DNA of 64,000 nucleotides from an uncultured delta proteobacterium (GTDB lineage: Bacteria > Desulfobacterota > Desulfobacteria > Desulfobacterales > JAFDCJ01), in the NCBI GenBank assembly GCA_963769935.1, contig CAVYNY010000035.1:147676-211675 (forward strand), read 5' to 3'. This document shows positions 42,717-51,834 of the stretch, one piece after another. Position 1 is the first letter of the stretch. Every line of letters starts with the position of its first letter. The position numbers and the translations under genes are program-made. A model generated the notes under the pieces. That model saw nothing but the letters and a program-made list of their open reading frames with translations. It was not told the origin of the DNA and ran no database searches.

Positions 42717-42736
42717 AATTAGCGTTCCTCAATGTG

Positions 42737-42858
42737 ATTGAAGATTGAAGATTTGTAGTTGTCGCTTCGCTCCGTCACCTTTTAGATAAATCTTTATAAA
42801 ATCGACCCGCCGCAGGCGGACATTAAATATTCAATTTACAATCTTCAATTTTCAATTC
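42737..42858. mobile_element. MITE-like element family B copy
   Basis: GATTGAAGATTGAAGATTTG...AAATATTCAATTTACAATCTTCAATTTTCAAT. Confidence 0.6.
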
Positions 42859-42861
42859 CGG

Positions 42862-43869
42862 TCATGTTGTTCTGTGGTCCAATGCAAAACGTTGCGATAG
42901 AATCGCGATCAGCGTGATGCCGCCCTTTACGATCGTCTGGATATCCGGCGACAACCCCAGCATGTTCAGCGAGGTGGACACGATGCCGAGGATGAATGCA
43001 CCCACGACGGCGCACATAACTGAGCCGAAACCGCCGAAAATGCTGGTTCCGCCCAGCAGGGTGATTACCAGCGCATCAAATTCAAAACCTTCGCCCAAGC
43101 TGGAAATACCCGCGTTGTGAATGGAACCCATGATGACCCCGATCAGCCCGGCTAGAAATGAACTTGCCAGGTATAGGATCGAAATGTGCCTTTCGACTTT
43201 GATGCCGGAGAGTTTGGCGGCTACCGGATTTGCGCCGATGTAATAGGTCCGGCGGCCGAAGACAGTCTTTTTTTCAATAACCAGCGCTATAATTACCAGT
43301 ATGACCATCAAAATAACCGAAGCATTGACCGTGCCGATCAGAGAGAATTCACCGAATTTTTTGAATACATAAGGCAGGCCGGCGTTGCGCTGCGAGCCCT
43401 GGGTGATAATCAGCGCAATGCCGCGCGCCAGCGACATGGTGCCCAGCGTGACAATAATGGATGCGACTTTCAAGCGGGTGACAAAAAAGGCGTTGATCGC
43501 ACCGATGAACATGCAGCAGACCAGGGTTGCTAAAATGGCAACACCGTAGGTCATGCCGAGCCCGCGGGCCAGTTCCATGCCGGCACCCGTGGGGGACTGG
43601 CAGAAATAGGCCGACAGGACGGCGCCCAAACCGACGATTCCGCCGACCGACAGGTCGAAATTGCCGCTGATTAAAAGAAACGTTACGAAAATTGACAGAA
43701 TGATAAGTTCCGCCTGCTGTGAAAGCTGATTTGAGATGGTATGGATATCAAAAAACCGGGGTACAAATCCGGATGCCGCGATGAAGAAAATGATCAACAC
43801 GCCGAACATGGATAAAACAATAAACGATTCATTGCTCATTTTTCCAATGGCTGATTTTTGTTCCGGCAT
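42862..43869 (-). CDS. Sugar ABC permease
   Basis: GNFDLSVGG, GANPVAAKLSGI, EFDALVITLLGG. Confidence 0.92.
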   Translation of the reverse strand: MPEQKSAIGKMSNESFIVLSMFGVLIIFFIAASGFVPRFFDIHTISNQLSQQAELIILSIFVTFLLISGNFDLSVGGIVGLGAVLSAYFCQSPTGAGMELARGLGMTYGVAILATLVCCMFIGAINAFFVTRLKVASIIVTLGTMSLARGIALIITQGSQRNAGLPYVFKKFGEFSLIGTVNASVILMVILVIIALVIEKKTVFGRRTYYIGANPVAAKLSGIKVERHISILYLASSFLAGLIGVIMGSIHNAGISSLGEGFEFDALVITLLGGTSIFGGFGSVMCAVVGAFILGIVSTSLNMLGLSPDIQTIVKGGITLIAILSQRFALDHRTT

Positions 43870-45353
43870 TATTCGCCTCCCGTGCAAATATGGAGCAGTT
43901 TTTCACTGTCGATATCCCGGCAGTTGTCCAGTCCCGCTCTCAGGTTCCCGTCATAGAGCAGAAAGATCCGATCGCACATGTTCATGATTTCCGGCAATTC
44001 GGAGGAGCAGAAGATGATGGACTTGCCCTCCTGTGATAACTGGCGCACGATTTTGTAAATCTCGCTTTTGGCCCCCACATCGACCCCGCGGGTCGGCTCA
44101 TCCAGGATGAGCAGATCCGCTTCGGCAAAAAGGCACTTGGCAAAGACGACTTTTTGCTGGTTCCCGCCCGAGAGTTTGGCAACTTCTTTTTCGGCGCTGC
44201 TGGTCATGATAGCCAGGCGCTTGATGAAGTCCAGGGTGGCGTGCAGATCTTGGCGGCTGTTGATAAAACCCATCTTTGAAATTTTGCGCATGTTCATGAC
44301 GGGGATATTGCTTCTGATCGTCAGGAGCGTGAAAAGGCCCTGCGATCTTCTTTCTTCCGGCACCATCGCGATGCCCGCGCGGATCACCTTGTCCGGCAAA
44401 TGTTCAAGCTTTTGGCCTTTGAAAATAATCTCGCCCGTGTATTTGTCCGCGCCGTATATGGCCCGGGCCAGCTCGGTCTTGCCGGCACCCACCAACCCGT
44501 AAAACCCCACAATTTCGCCGCGCTTTACCTCGAAGGAAATATCCTTCAGTTTTTTGGTGCTCAGATTTTTTACGACCAGCAGGTTGGCGGCATCGGTCAG
44601 GTCCCTGGCAACGTATTGCTCGTAGACCGTCTTGCCGATCATCAGTTTGATGAGCTCACCGCGGTCTTTTACCTCGGTGATCGGCTTGGTGTCGATATGC
44701 TTTCCGTCCCGCAAAACCGTAACATAATCTCCGAGTTCAAAAATTTCGTCCAGGCGATGGGAGATATAGATAACGGTGACGTTTTTCGCTTTAAGGCCCT
44801 TTATAATTTTGAAAAGCCGCTGAATTTCTTCCTCTGAAATGGCTGCCGTCGGCTCATCCATTATAATAACGTCCGATTCCGATGCCACGGCCCTGGCAAT
44901 TTCGACCATCTGCTTCTGGGCCACACTCAACTCCGATACCCGCTGTTTGGGGTTGATGGACGGATCGATGGTTTCCAGCGCATTGACCATTTTTTTGATC
45001 TTGTCGGTTTTGCGCAGAAAACCAAACCAGGTGTCCTCCATGCCGAGGGTCAGGTTTTCTTCAATGGTGAGCTGGTCGACGACATTCAACTCCTGAAACA
45101 GGGTGCTGACGCCTTTTTGTTTGGCATCCCTGGGATTCTGCGCAATATACTCTTTGCCGTTCATGAGGATGGTGCCGGCGGTCCTGGCAAGCGCGCCGGT
45201 GAGGATTTTGATCAGAGTGGATTTGCCGGCCCCGTTTTCTCCGACCAGGCAGTGAACGGTGTTTTTATTGATGTTGAAGCTGACATCATCAACGGCCCGA
45301 ACGCCCGGGAACTCTTTGGTCAGGTTTTTTATCTCCAGCAGAACAGCGCTCAT
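43869..45353 (-). CDS. Sugar ABC ATP-binding protein
   Basis: GENGAGKST, MDEPT, LSGGNQQKV, DEPTRGVDVGAK. Confidence 0.95.
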   Translation of the reverse strand: MSAVLLEIKNLTKEFPGVRAVDDVSFNINKNTVHCLVGENGAGKSTLIKILTGALARTAGTILMNGKEYIAQNPRDAKQKGVSTLFQELNVVDQLTIEENLTLGMEDTWFGFLRKTDKIKKMVNALETIDPSINPKQRVSELSVAQKQMVEIARAVASESDVIIMDEPTAAISEEEIQRLFKIIKGLKAKNVTVIYISHRLDEIFELGDYVTVLRDGKHIDTKPITEVKDRGELIKLMIGKTVYEQYVARDLTDAANLLVVKNLSTKKLKDISFEVKRGEIVGFYGLVGAGKTELARAIYGADKYTGEIIFKGQKLEHLPDKVIRAGIAMVPEERRSQGLFTLLTIRSNIPVMNMRKISKMGFINSRQDLHATLDFIKRLAIMTSSAEKEVAKLSGGNQQKVVFAKCLFAEADLLILDEPTRGVDVGAKSEIYKIVRQLSQEGKSIIFCSSELPEIMNMCDRIFLLYDGNLRAGLDNCRDIDSEKLLHICTGGE

Positions 45354-45382
45354 GGTTGTGCTCCCCCGTTTTATCGTTTCAA

Positions 45383-45412
45383 GGGGAGGAAGCCGTGGGG
45401 CGGCTCCCTCCC
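45383..45412 (-). terminator. GC-rich hairpin after the binding-protein gene (partial terminator or mRNA stabiliser)
   Basis: GGGAGGAAGCCG-TGGGG-CGGCTCCCTCCC, between the binding-protein and ATPase genes. Confidence 0.45.
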
Positions 45413-45460
45413 GTCTAAAGATAAATTAAGCGTTAACCCGGATGTGAATTGCTGCCGCGA

Positions 45461-46477
45461 TTAGAATTTAGGCATTTTGGCATTGGCCTGAAACTCATCA
45501 TTGTACCATTTCACGGCCTCATCCGGTGTCATGCTCCAGTAGCCGACCAGGGAGTTGGGGATAAAGATCGGTTTGCGGTTCGCCGGGTCAACCTGCTTGA
45601 TTTTGCCGCTTTTGATGTCGAACAGGTTGTCGATCCGGCCCATGCCGGTTTCACGCGGCGGCAGGCCCATTGACATTTTCAGGGAGGAGCTTGGATCGAA
45701 TACTTCATACAGTTCATTTTCCGGGCAGTCCACACTGATCACGATTTCGGTCAGGGGAACACCGTCTTTCATCTTACCGCGGCCAATCGCTCGCAACCCG
45801 GGCATGGTGCCGTCGGTCAGGTTGGCAGCCTCGGAGTAGATGATGCAAAGGTCCGGATGCGCCTGAACCAGGTCCTGGATGGTTTTCTTGGCCACATCCG
45901 GACCCCGGCTGGAATCAAAGCAGCCCAGATCTACCGCATCGGGGGCCACCGACTTGACGCCCTTGACGAATGGAACCGTGCGTCCCTCTGCAACCGCTTC
46001 ATTGTCCGGCCATCCCAATTCAACCATCACAATGGGTTTGTCGGGATGGGCTTTGATCCACTGCTCGGCCGCAATTTTGCCCATTTTAAAGGAAATTTCC
46101 GCTTCACCGGGTCGGATACACGGAATATCTATGGGCATTTGATCGAAGTAACTGTTGAGAATGATGCCCTTTTTCAGGGCTTCTTCAAGGCCGGGTTTGG
46201 CAGATTCACCCTGCCAGATGTGAAGGGTTGCCATGTTCATGCCCTGGGCAATCATCTGGTCGACGTTGGCGGTCATGGTAGCGACATCGGATTTGCCGTC
46301 AAAGACCTGGACATCGGCACCGTATTTTTCTTTGGCGTATTTTTTGGCCCAGTAGGATTGGGCCTGATGAAAGCCGTTTTTCAGATCGGAGACAAAATAG
46401 GCGATTTTTATGGAATCTGCATAAGCGGTAGCTGCAAAAGCCAACATAACGATGCACACCAATACGATTTTTTTCAT
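45461..46477 (-). CDS. Sugar ABC substrate-binding protein
   Basis: Signal peptide MKKIVLVCIVMLAFAATAYA; periplasmic binding protein type I pattern; first gene of the ABC operon. Confidence 0.82.
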   Translation of the reverse strand: MKKIVLVCIVMLAFAATAYADSIKIAYFVSDLKNGFHQAQSYWAKKYAKEKYGADVQVFDGKSDVATMTANVDQMIAQGMNMATLHIWQGESAKPGLEEALKKGIILNSYFDQMPIDIPCIRPGEAEISFKMGKIAAEQWIKAHPDKPIVMVELGWPDNEAVAEGRTVPFVKGVKSVAPDAVDLGCFDSSRGPDVAKKTIQDLVQAHPDLCIIYSEAANLTDGTMPGLRAIGRGKMKDGVPLTEIVISVDCPENELYEVFDPSSSLKMSMGLPPRETGMGRIDNLFDIKSGKIKQVDPANRKPIFIPNSLVGYWSMTPDEAVKWYNDEFQANAKMPKF

Positions 46478-46765
46478 TTTTCTTTCTCCTTTTGGGGTTG
46501 GGTTGTTTTTCGTTGTTTCTTCCTCCCGCTTGAAATGTGTCTTGCTGATTTCAGCCGCCTCCTTTCTGACGAATTTCCGTCATTGGTTGTGTTTGCATTT
46601 GCATGTGAAAAGGTTCAGCGTTCAGGGTTCAAGGGTTTAAGGTTCAAAGGTTTGGGGCTTCGCCCTTCGAGCTACGACGGGACAAGACGACCCCACACGC
46701 AGGGTTCAGGGTTCGGTTTATATTGTAACGCTATACTGCCAAACCGGTCTTGGTGCAAATGGCAA

Positions 46766-47764
46766 TTACGCTTCCGGCGCTCCCAGCGCTTCGACATCCC
46801 GGCGGATTCGTTTCAGGTCGCCAGCCTCTATCACAAGGTCGCCCGCCTTGACATTGTCCTTGACGTGCGCTGGTTTTCTGGCACCGCACAGGACGAAGGT
46901 GATGCCCTCCTGCGCCATGGTCCAGGCAATCACCAGCTGGGATAATGAGCAATCGTATTTTGACAGCAGATCGGTCCAACCCTCGAGCATATTCAGAACT
47001 TTTTTGCGGTTCACCGGCTGAAACCAGGGAATATTATTGCGGTAAGCACCTTCCGGAAACGTCTGACCCATGCCGATTTTGCCCGTCAGCAAACCCTGCT
47101 CGAGCGGAGAATAGGCCAGCGCGCTGATGCTGTTGGCGTGGCAGTACGGCAGTATTTCTTTTTCGATCTCCCTGTCCAGCATGCTGTATTTGGGCTGAAT
47201 GGCGTCCAGGATGCCGGCGGCCTGGTATTGTTTTATGTGTTCAAGGTCCACGTTGGAGGCGCCGATGGCTCGAATTTTACCTTCTTCTTTGAGCTTCAGC
47301 AGGCATCGCATGGTATCCTCAATAGGATACTTGTCCGGTTCCAGCGACTGCCAGTGGGTGTGGTACAGATCTATATAATCGGTACCCAATCGCTTGAGGC
47401 TGTCCTCGAGTTCTTCCACGATCGTTGCCGGAAGCAGGCAGCGCTTGACATGCTTGTCGCCCATCTCAAAAAATGAAGAGCCTCTGTCATCTTTCCACCA
47501 CAAGCCGCATTTGGTGGATAAAATCACCTTATCCCGTTGTCCCTTGATGGCCTTGCCCACGACCGTTTCACTGTGACCCCAGCCGTAGGCGGGGGCGGTA
47601 TCAATCATGGAAATCCCTGCCGCAATGGCGGCCTGAATGGCCTTGATGGATTGATTGTCGTCTGAATCGCCCCACCAGGGCCCGCCGCCGACCGCCCAGG
47701 TACCGAGCGCGACCGCCGAAGCTGAGATGTTCGTTTTACCCAGGGTTCGATATTGCATTTTCAC
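46766..47764 (-). CDS. Aldo/keto reductase
   Basis: LGTWA, IDTAPAYGWGHSE, STKCG, SLKRLGTDYIDLY, IGASN, AYSPL. Confidence 0.93.
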   Translation of the reverse strand: MKMQYRTLGKTNISASAVALGTWAVGGGPWWGDSDDNQSIKAIQAAIAAGISMIDTAPAYGWGHSETVVGKAIKGQRDKVILSTKCGLWWKDDRGSSFFEMGDKHVKRCLLPATIVEELEDSLKRLGTDYIDLYHTHWQSLEPDKYPIEDTMRCLLKLKEEGKIRAIGASNVDLEHIKQYQAAGILDAIQPKYSMLDREIEKEILPYCHANSISALAYSPLEQGLLTGKIGMGQTFPEGAYRNNIPWFQPVNRKKVLNMLEGWTDLLSKYDCSLSQLVIAWTMAQEGITFVLCGARKPAHVKDNVKAGDLVIEAGDLKRIRRDVEALGAPEA

Positions 47765-47846
47765 CTCCTGTAACGATGGTTGAGATTAACTTGCTCTATA
47801 ACTCAATGGCCCCATGCTCAAATTTCAATGACCAAGGTTTTTTTGC

Positions 47847-47875
47847 TATATAGAACGCTATTTTATACCTGTCAA
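47847..47875 (-). promoter_or_regulatory. Putative sigma70 promoter of the sugar operon with an overlapping IclR-type operator
   Basis: Minus-strand TTGACA (47875-47870)-N17-TATATA; TATATAGAA-CGCTA-TTTTATACC covers the spacer and -10. Confidence 0.5.
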
Positions 47876-48064
47876 TAATTATTTTCAAAAAATAAAAAAA
47901 AATTATCTATTGACATTCTAGATAGATAGTATAGAAGATTGTCTGAAAACGCATTTTAACTATATTTAAGAGGATTAAATTGCAGTTGATGGAATCGACG
48001 CTTCGATTAATTTGTCGGTATAACGAGGCCGGAGAGGTTGATAATTTGAAACAATTTTTTATCG

Positions 48065-48087
48065 TATATAAAACAATTTTTTATATA
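48065..48087. promoter_or_regulatory. Perfect palindrome, candidate IclR operator
   Basis: TATATAAAA-CAATT-TTTTATATA upstream of iclR; similar to 47847-47869. Confidence 0.55.
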
Positions 48088-48186
48088 ATAGAATTTTCGA
48101 GGGGCCAAGGGACCCGGCAATTCTGCCCGGGTCGGTAAGAAACAGATAGCTTTAAACAGAGCAGTTAAAAAGGATTGTGAAGTCGA

Positions 48187-48975
48187 ATGGGAAACAACTA
48201 TATCATACCTAGTCTGGACCGAGCGCTCGAGATCATTGGATTTCTGGCAAAGCAGCCCAAGGGGTGCGGCATTACGACCATTGCGGATAAATTGGGGTAT
48301 CCCAAGAACAGCGTATTCCGTATCTTAAGGACCCTGGCCAACAAAGGGTATATTATTGAAGCCGATCGGCTGTATCAGCTTTCCGCCAAATTTCTTGCTG
48401 TCGGCTATTCCGCGGTAGGTGAAGCACACATGGTGGAAAAGGCGATCGATGTTATGCGGGAACTCAGAGATGAAGTCAACGAGACCGTCCTGCTCGGCAC
48501 TCTCGTCGGCAACAGGGGCGTCATATTGGAACAGGTTCTCAGCACGCAGCCACTGAAGGTGATGGTCGATCCGGGCCATAATTTCGCGCTGCACACGGCC
48601 GCGCCCAGCAAAGCCATGCTGGCCTATATGAACCCGGAAGACCAGAACAAAATTATTGATTCGATCACTTATACCCGCTTTAACGAGAACACGATAATTA
48701 CCAAAGGACAGTTTGTAAAAAATTTAAAAGAGGTCAGGGAGAAAGGTTACGCAACCGATCTGGCGGAAGAAATCATCAACCTGCACTGCGTGGCCTGCCC
48801 GATTTTTAATCATAAACTGGAACCGATTGCTTCGATTTGGATCACCGGACCCTCCGACCGATTGCAGCCGGAGCGTTTTGATGAGTTCGGCGGTATTATC
48901 GGGGAATTCGCGCTGAAGATTTCACGACGCTTGGGCTATGAGCCGGAATTAAACGGGCACAGCGCCTATAAATGA
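48187..48975 (+). CDS. IclR family transcriptional regulator
   Basis: SLDRALEII...YPKNSVFRILRTL; HTAAPSKAMLA, GYATD..E, CVACPI. Confidence 0.95.
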   Translation: MGNNYIIPSLDRALEIIGFLAKQPKGCGITTIADKLGYPKNSVFRILRTLANKGYIIEADRLYQLSAKFLAVGYSAVGEAHMVEKAIDVMRELRDEVNETVLLGTLVGNRGVILEQVLSTQPLKVMVDPGHNFALHTAAPSKAMLAYMNPEDQNKIIDSITYTRFNENTIITKGQFVKNLKEVREKGYATDLAEEIINLHCVACPIFNHKLEPIASIWITGPSDRLQPERFDEFGGIIGEFALKISRRLGYEPELNGHSAYK

Positions 48976-49143
48976 CGGCGGTGATGAACTTTTAGTGTTA
49001 GCTTAATTCGAATCTGTTCTATGGTTTCAGGTGTCAGCGTAGCTTCTGAACGTTGAAGTTTAGCTACCTTGGGAGGGGGGGCAATTGATTAAAGATGAAA
49101 CTTCAACTGATTTAGGGTTATATTTCGGTTGAAGTAAATGCCT

Positions 49144-49217
49144 GGCGGGAGCGGTTTCCAACCGCGATTATAGATGTTGACCCGACCGGGTAAATCGCGG
49201 TTAAAAACCGCTCCCAC
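49144..49217. repeat. Inverted REP-like pair
   Basis: GGGAGCGGTTTCCAACCGCGAT ... ATCGCGGTTAAAAACCGCTCCC. Confidence 0.7.
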
Positions 49218-49442
49218 AACATCTTAAAGCTTTCTCAGCTTCCCCAAGAAGTTTCGTCTTCGATTATACTGGTCACTTTTCAGGCCAGCGGCGGGGCTGC
49301 TTGCCCTGCGTAGCCCGAAAGGCGAAGCAGGGACCCCCGGAACCTGCCCCCCGAAACCTGCCCTCCGAAACTTACTGGCAAGCGGCATCGCCCACACTAT
49401 TTCTCCGCTTGAACCAAAGCCGGCTTACCGGTCCCGGATTTT

Positions 49443-50291
49443 TTATCCCAGCTGGCTCAGCAGCTTGTCAAGCTCCCGCTCGTCGAGACTGTAGCTGTGC
49501 TGTTCGGTGGGAAACTGACCCGATTCAACCTCGTTGCGAAATTGGGTTATGGCCGAAACGGTGACCTGCTGCAGATCGGCGTAGACTTTCAGAAACCGGG
49601 GCGACAGCTCCTTGAACAGGCCCAACATGTCATGGGTCACCAGGCCCTGTCCATCGCAGTGCACGCCGGAGCCGATGCTGATGACGGGAATTTCCAGGCT
49701 GCGGGTGATTATTTCACCCAGGCTCACGGGCAGGCACTCGATGATCAGCCCAAAGGCCCCGCTTTTGGCCATGGCCAGGGCATCGTTGATCATTTGTTTT
49801 GAAGATTCGGCATCCTTGGCCGGCAGGCTGATTTTGCCGGAAAGCACAATCCGCTGTTTGGTGACCCCGATGTGGCCCAACACGGGAATGCCCGATTCTA
49901 CGATGCCGCGGACAATCTCGGCCGAGCGGGCGGTTCCTTCCAGGTGGACGGCATCCGCCCGGCCCTCCTTCATGATGCGGGCGGCGTTGCCGACCGCTTC
50001 GCTGACGCCGTTGTATGAACCGAACGGCAGGGTCGTCACAACCAGGGCGGATTTGACGCCGTTTCTTACCGCCCGGGTGTGGTAGGTCATTTCATCGATT
50101 GTGACCGAAACCGCTTCGGGACGGCCGTTGCCGATGGTTCCCACCGCATCACTCACCAGGACAATGTCGATTCCAGCCTGGTCCAGAAACGAAGCCATTG
50201 GATAGTCATAAGCCGTGAGGAGCGTTATTTTCCGGTTGCTCCTTTTTTTGCTTTGAAGCGCTGCGACGGTCATTTTAGGACGGGTATTCAT
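49443..50291 (-). CDS. Ketopantoate hydroxymethyltransferase (PanB)-like protein with a divergent active site
   Basis: LTAYDY, GHIG, IECLP, ISIGSG..CDGQ.LV.HDMLG. Has LVSDAVG (vs LVGDSLG), VTTLPF (vs ADLPF) and VHLEG (vs VKIEG). Confidence 0.85.
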   Translation of the reverse strand: MNTRPKMTVAALQSKKRSNRKITLLTAYDYPMASFLDQAGIDIVLVSDAVGTIGNGRPEAVSVTIDEMTYHTRAVRNGVKSALVVTTLPFGSYNGVSEAVGNAARIMKEGRADAVHLEGTARSAEIVRGIVESGIPVLGHIGVTKQRIVLSGKISLPAKDAESSKQMINDALAMAKSGAFGLIIECLPVSLGEIITRSLEIPVISIGSGVHCDGQGLVTHDMLGLFKELSPRFLKVYADLQQVTVSAITQFRNEVESGQFPTEQHSYSLDERELDKLLSQLG

Positions 50292-50320
50292 TGGATGTTC
50301 CTCGGCCGGCCAAGCCGGCA

Positions 50321-50521
50321 TTGAAAATTGAAGATTGTAAACTGAATATTTGTGGCTGTCGCCCCCGCAGCGCCAGCGCTTGCGTGGCGTGTGCGCCGCA
50401 TGTCGCTCCATCCTTAGCAGAAGGGGATCGTATCCTCTCCGAGCCGTAGGATTTACGAGCCGGAGGCTTAAATATTCAATACCTGTTCGCCTCCGGAGGA
50501 TTCAATCGACAATATTCAATC
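50321..50521. mobile_element. MITE-like element family B copy inside the BMC operon
   Basis: ATTGAAAATTGAAGATTGTAAACTGAATATTTG...AATATTCAAT. Confidence 0.6.
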
Positions 50522-50567
50522 ATTTAAAGATGAAGAAAATATTACTTACCGAATTTGCGAATCTATA

Positions 50568-50903
50568 TTAGACAATAATTTTGGGCAGCAGATCCTCCAC
50601 CATCAGATTGGGGTTCGGCAGCATTTTGACCGACTCGACTTCGCCGACCAGTTTGGCCGCCTTGGCCCCGGCCTCCAGAGCGGTGCGCACCGCTCCCACA
50701 TCGCCCCTCACCATGATCGTCATGTAGCCGCCGCCGATGGCACACCGCTGCGTCAAGACGATATTGGCCGCTTTGGCCATTGCATCCGCCGCCTCGATAC
50801 ATGCCACCAAACCTTTGGTCTCAATCATTCCCAGAGCCCTCATTTCAGGGTCAAGGGCGCCAGCCGCCTGCGAGTTTTGATTTTCCATAATCTTTTTAGC
50901 CAT
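50568..50903 (-). CDS. BMC-H hexameric shell protein
   Basis: ALGMIETKGLVACIEAADAMAKAANI...IGGGYMTIMVRGDVGAV. Confidence 0.95.
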   Translation of the reverse strand: MAKKIMENQNSQAAGALDPEMRALGMIETKGLVACIEAADAMAKAANIVLTQRCAIGGGYMTIMVRGDVGAVRTALEAGAKAAKLVGEVESVKMLPNPNLMVEDLLPKIIV

Positions 50904-50906
50904 GAT

Positions 50907-51197
50907 TTATTCCTTTCTGTAACGTATTTTATCATCGTATTGAAGCGAGTCTAATATGCCGACAATCGCGGCATCAACCGGCGAGTTCTTGTAATCCGTG
51001 GCCAGGCGGGCTGAGCTTCCCCGGCTGACCATGACCAGTTCACCCGGCCCCGAACCGACCAGGTCAACAGCCAGCAAAGGATCTCCGCTGATGTCCCCAT
51101 CGATATTGGTCGGGCAGATAATTAATATTTTTGTAGAGCTCAGCGCCGCATGTTTGACGGTTGCCACTGCCGTGCCCATAACCTTAGCGATTATCAT
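50907..51197 (-). CDS. BMC-P vertex protein (EutN/CcmL family)
   Basis: MIIAKVMGTAVATVKH...AVDLVGSGPGELV...GSSAR...PVDAAIVGILD. Confidence 0.95.
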   Translation of the reverse strand: MIIAKVMGTAVATVKHAALSSTKILIICPTNIDGDISGDPLLAVDLVGSGPGELVMVSRGSSARLATDYKNSPVDAAIVGILDSLQYDDKIRYRKE

Positions 51198-51285
51198 GGA
51201 TGACCTCATTTCATATGTTACGGTTAGTTTTAATTTCTACCAGTTAATGTTTGCTTACCCTAACTCGGAGCCACAGAGGGCGTAG

Positions 51286-51396
51286 AATTGAAAATTGAAG
51301 ATTGTAAATTGAATATTTGCGGATGTCGCTTGGCGCCGTTCATTTTAACCGGAAAGAATACCTTAAATATTCAATATTCAATCGAAAATATTCAAT
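51286..51396. mobile_element. MITE-like element family B copy inside the BMC operon
   Basis: AATTGAAAATTGAAGATTGTAAATTGAATATTTG...AAATATTCAATATTCAATCGAAAATATTCAATT. Confidence 0.6.
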
Positions 51397-51459
51397 TGTT
51401 ACAAGTTGGCGATCATGTTCAAGTACAATTTCTTTGGTACAAATTTTATTTCAAGGATC

Positions 51460-51801
51460 CTACTGGTTCTTGATGCGCTTAATCCTTTCGACCAGCTTAT
51501 CTACGACCGGCCGGGATTGGGTGGCCGGCTTGCCGGACGCCGCTGCTGTTCTCGCTGCCGGCCGTCTCTGGCATCCCCTGGGTTTGCCGCTGAACGTGTG
51601 TACTCTGCCGACGGATTGGGGACGCGCAGGATTGAATGTCTCCATCGATGCGCCGGACGCTCTTTCCGTTATGCGCAGGCCCAGCATGGCAGCGGTCTGC
51701 TTTGCCAGGTCCGTCAGCACGACGTTTTTATCAACGCAGATCTCACTTTGGCCCTGATCGGCAAAATTTTCAATGTCTTCAGCCGAATAAAAAGTCTTCA
51801 T
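51460..51801 (-). CDS. BMC-associated protein: EutQ-N-terminus-like domain, linker, putative encapsulation peptide
   Basis: FYSAEDIE...ICVDKNVVLTDLAKQTAAMLGLRITE resembles the EutQ N-domain; A/P/R/S-rich linker; terminal amphipathic helix VVDKLVERIKRIK. Confidence 0.65.
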   Translation of the reverse strand: MKTFYSAEDIENFADQGQSEICVDKNVVLTDLAKQTAAMLGLRITERASGASMETFNPARPQSVGRVHTFSGKPRGCQRRPAARTAAASGKPATQSRPVVDKLVERIKRIKNQ

Positions 51802-51834
51802 TTCAAGCGATCTCCTTTGTCCGCCTCCGGCGGA

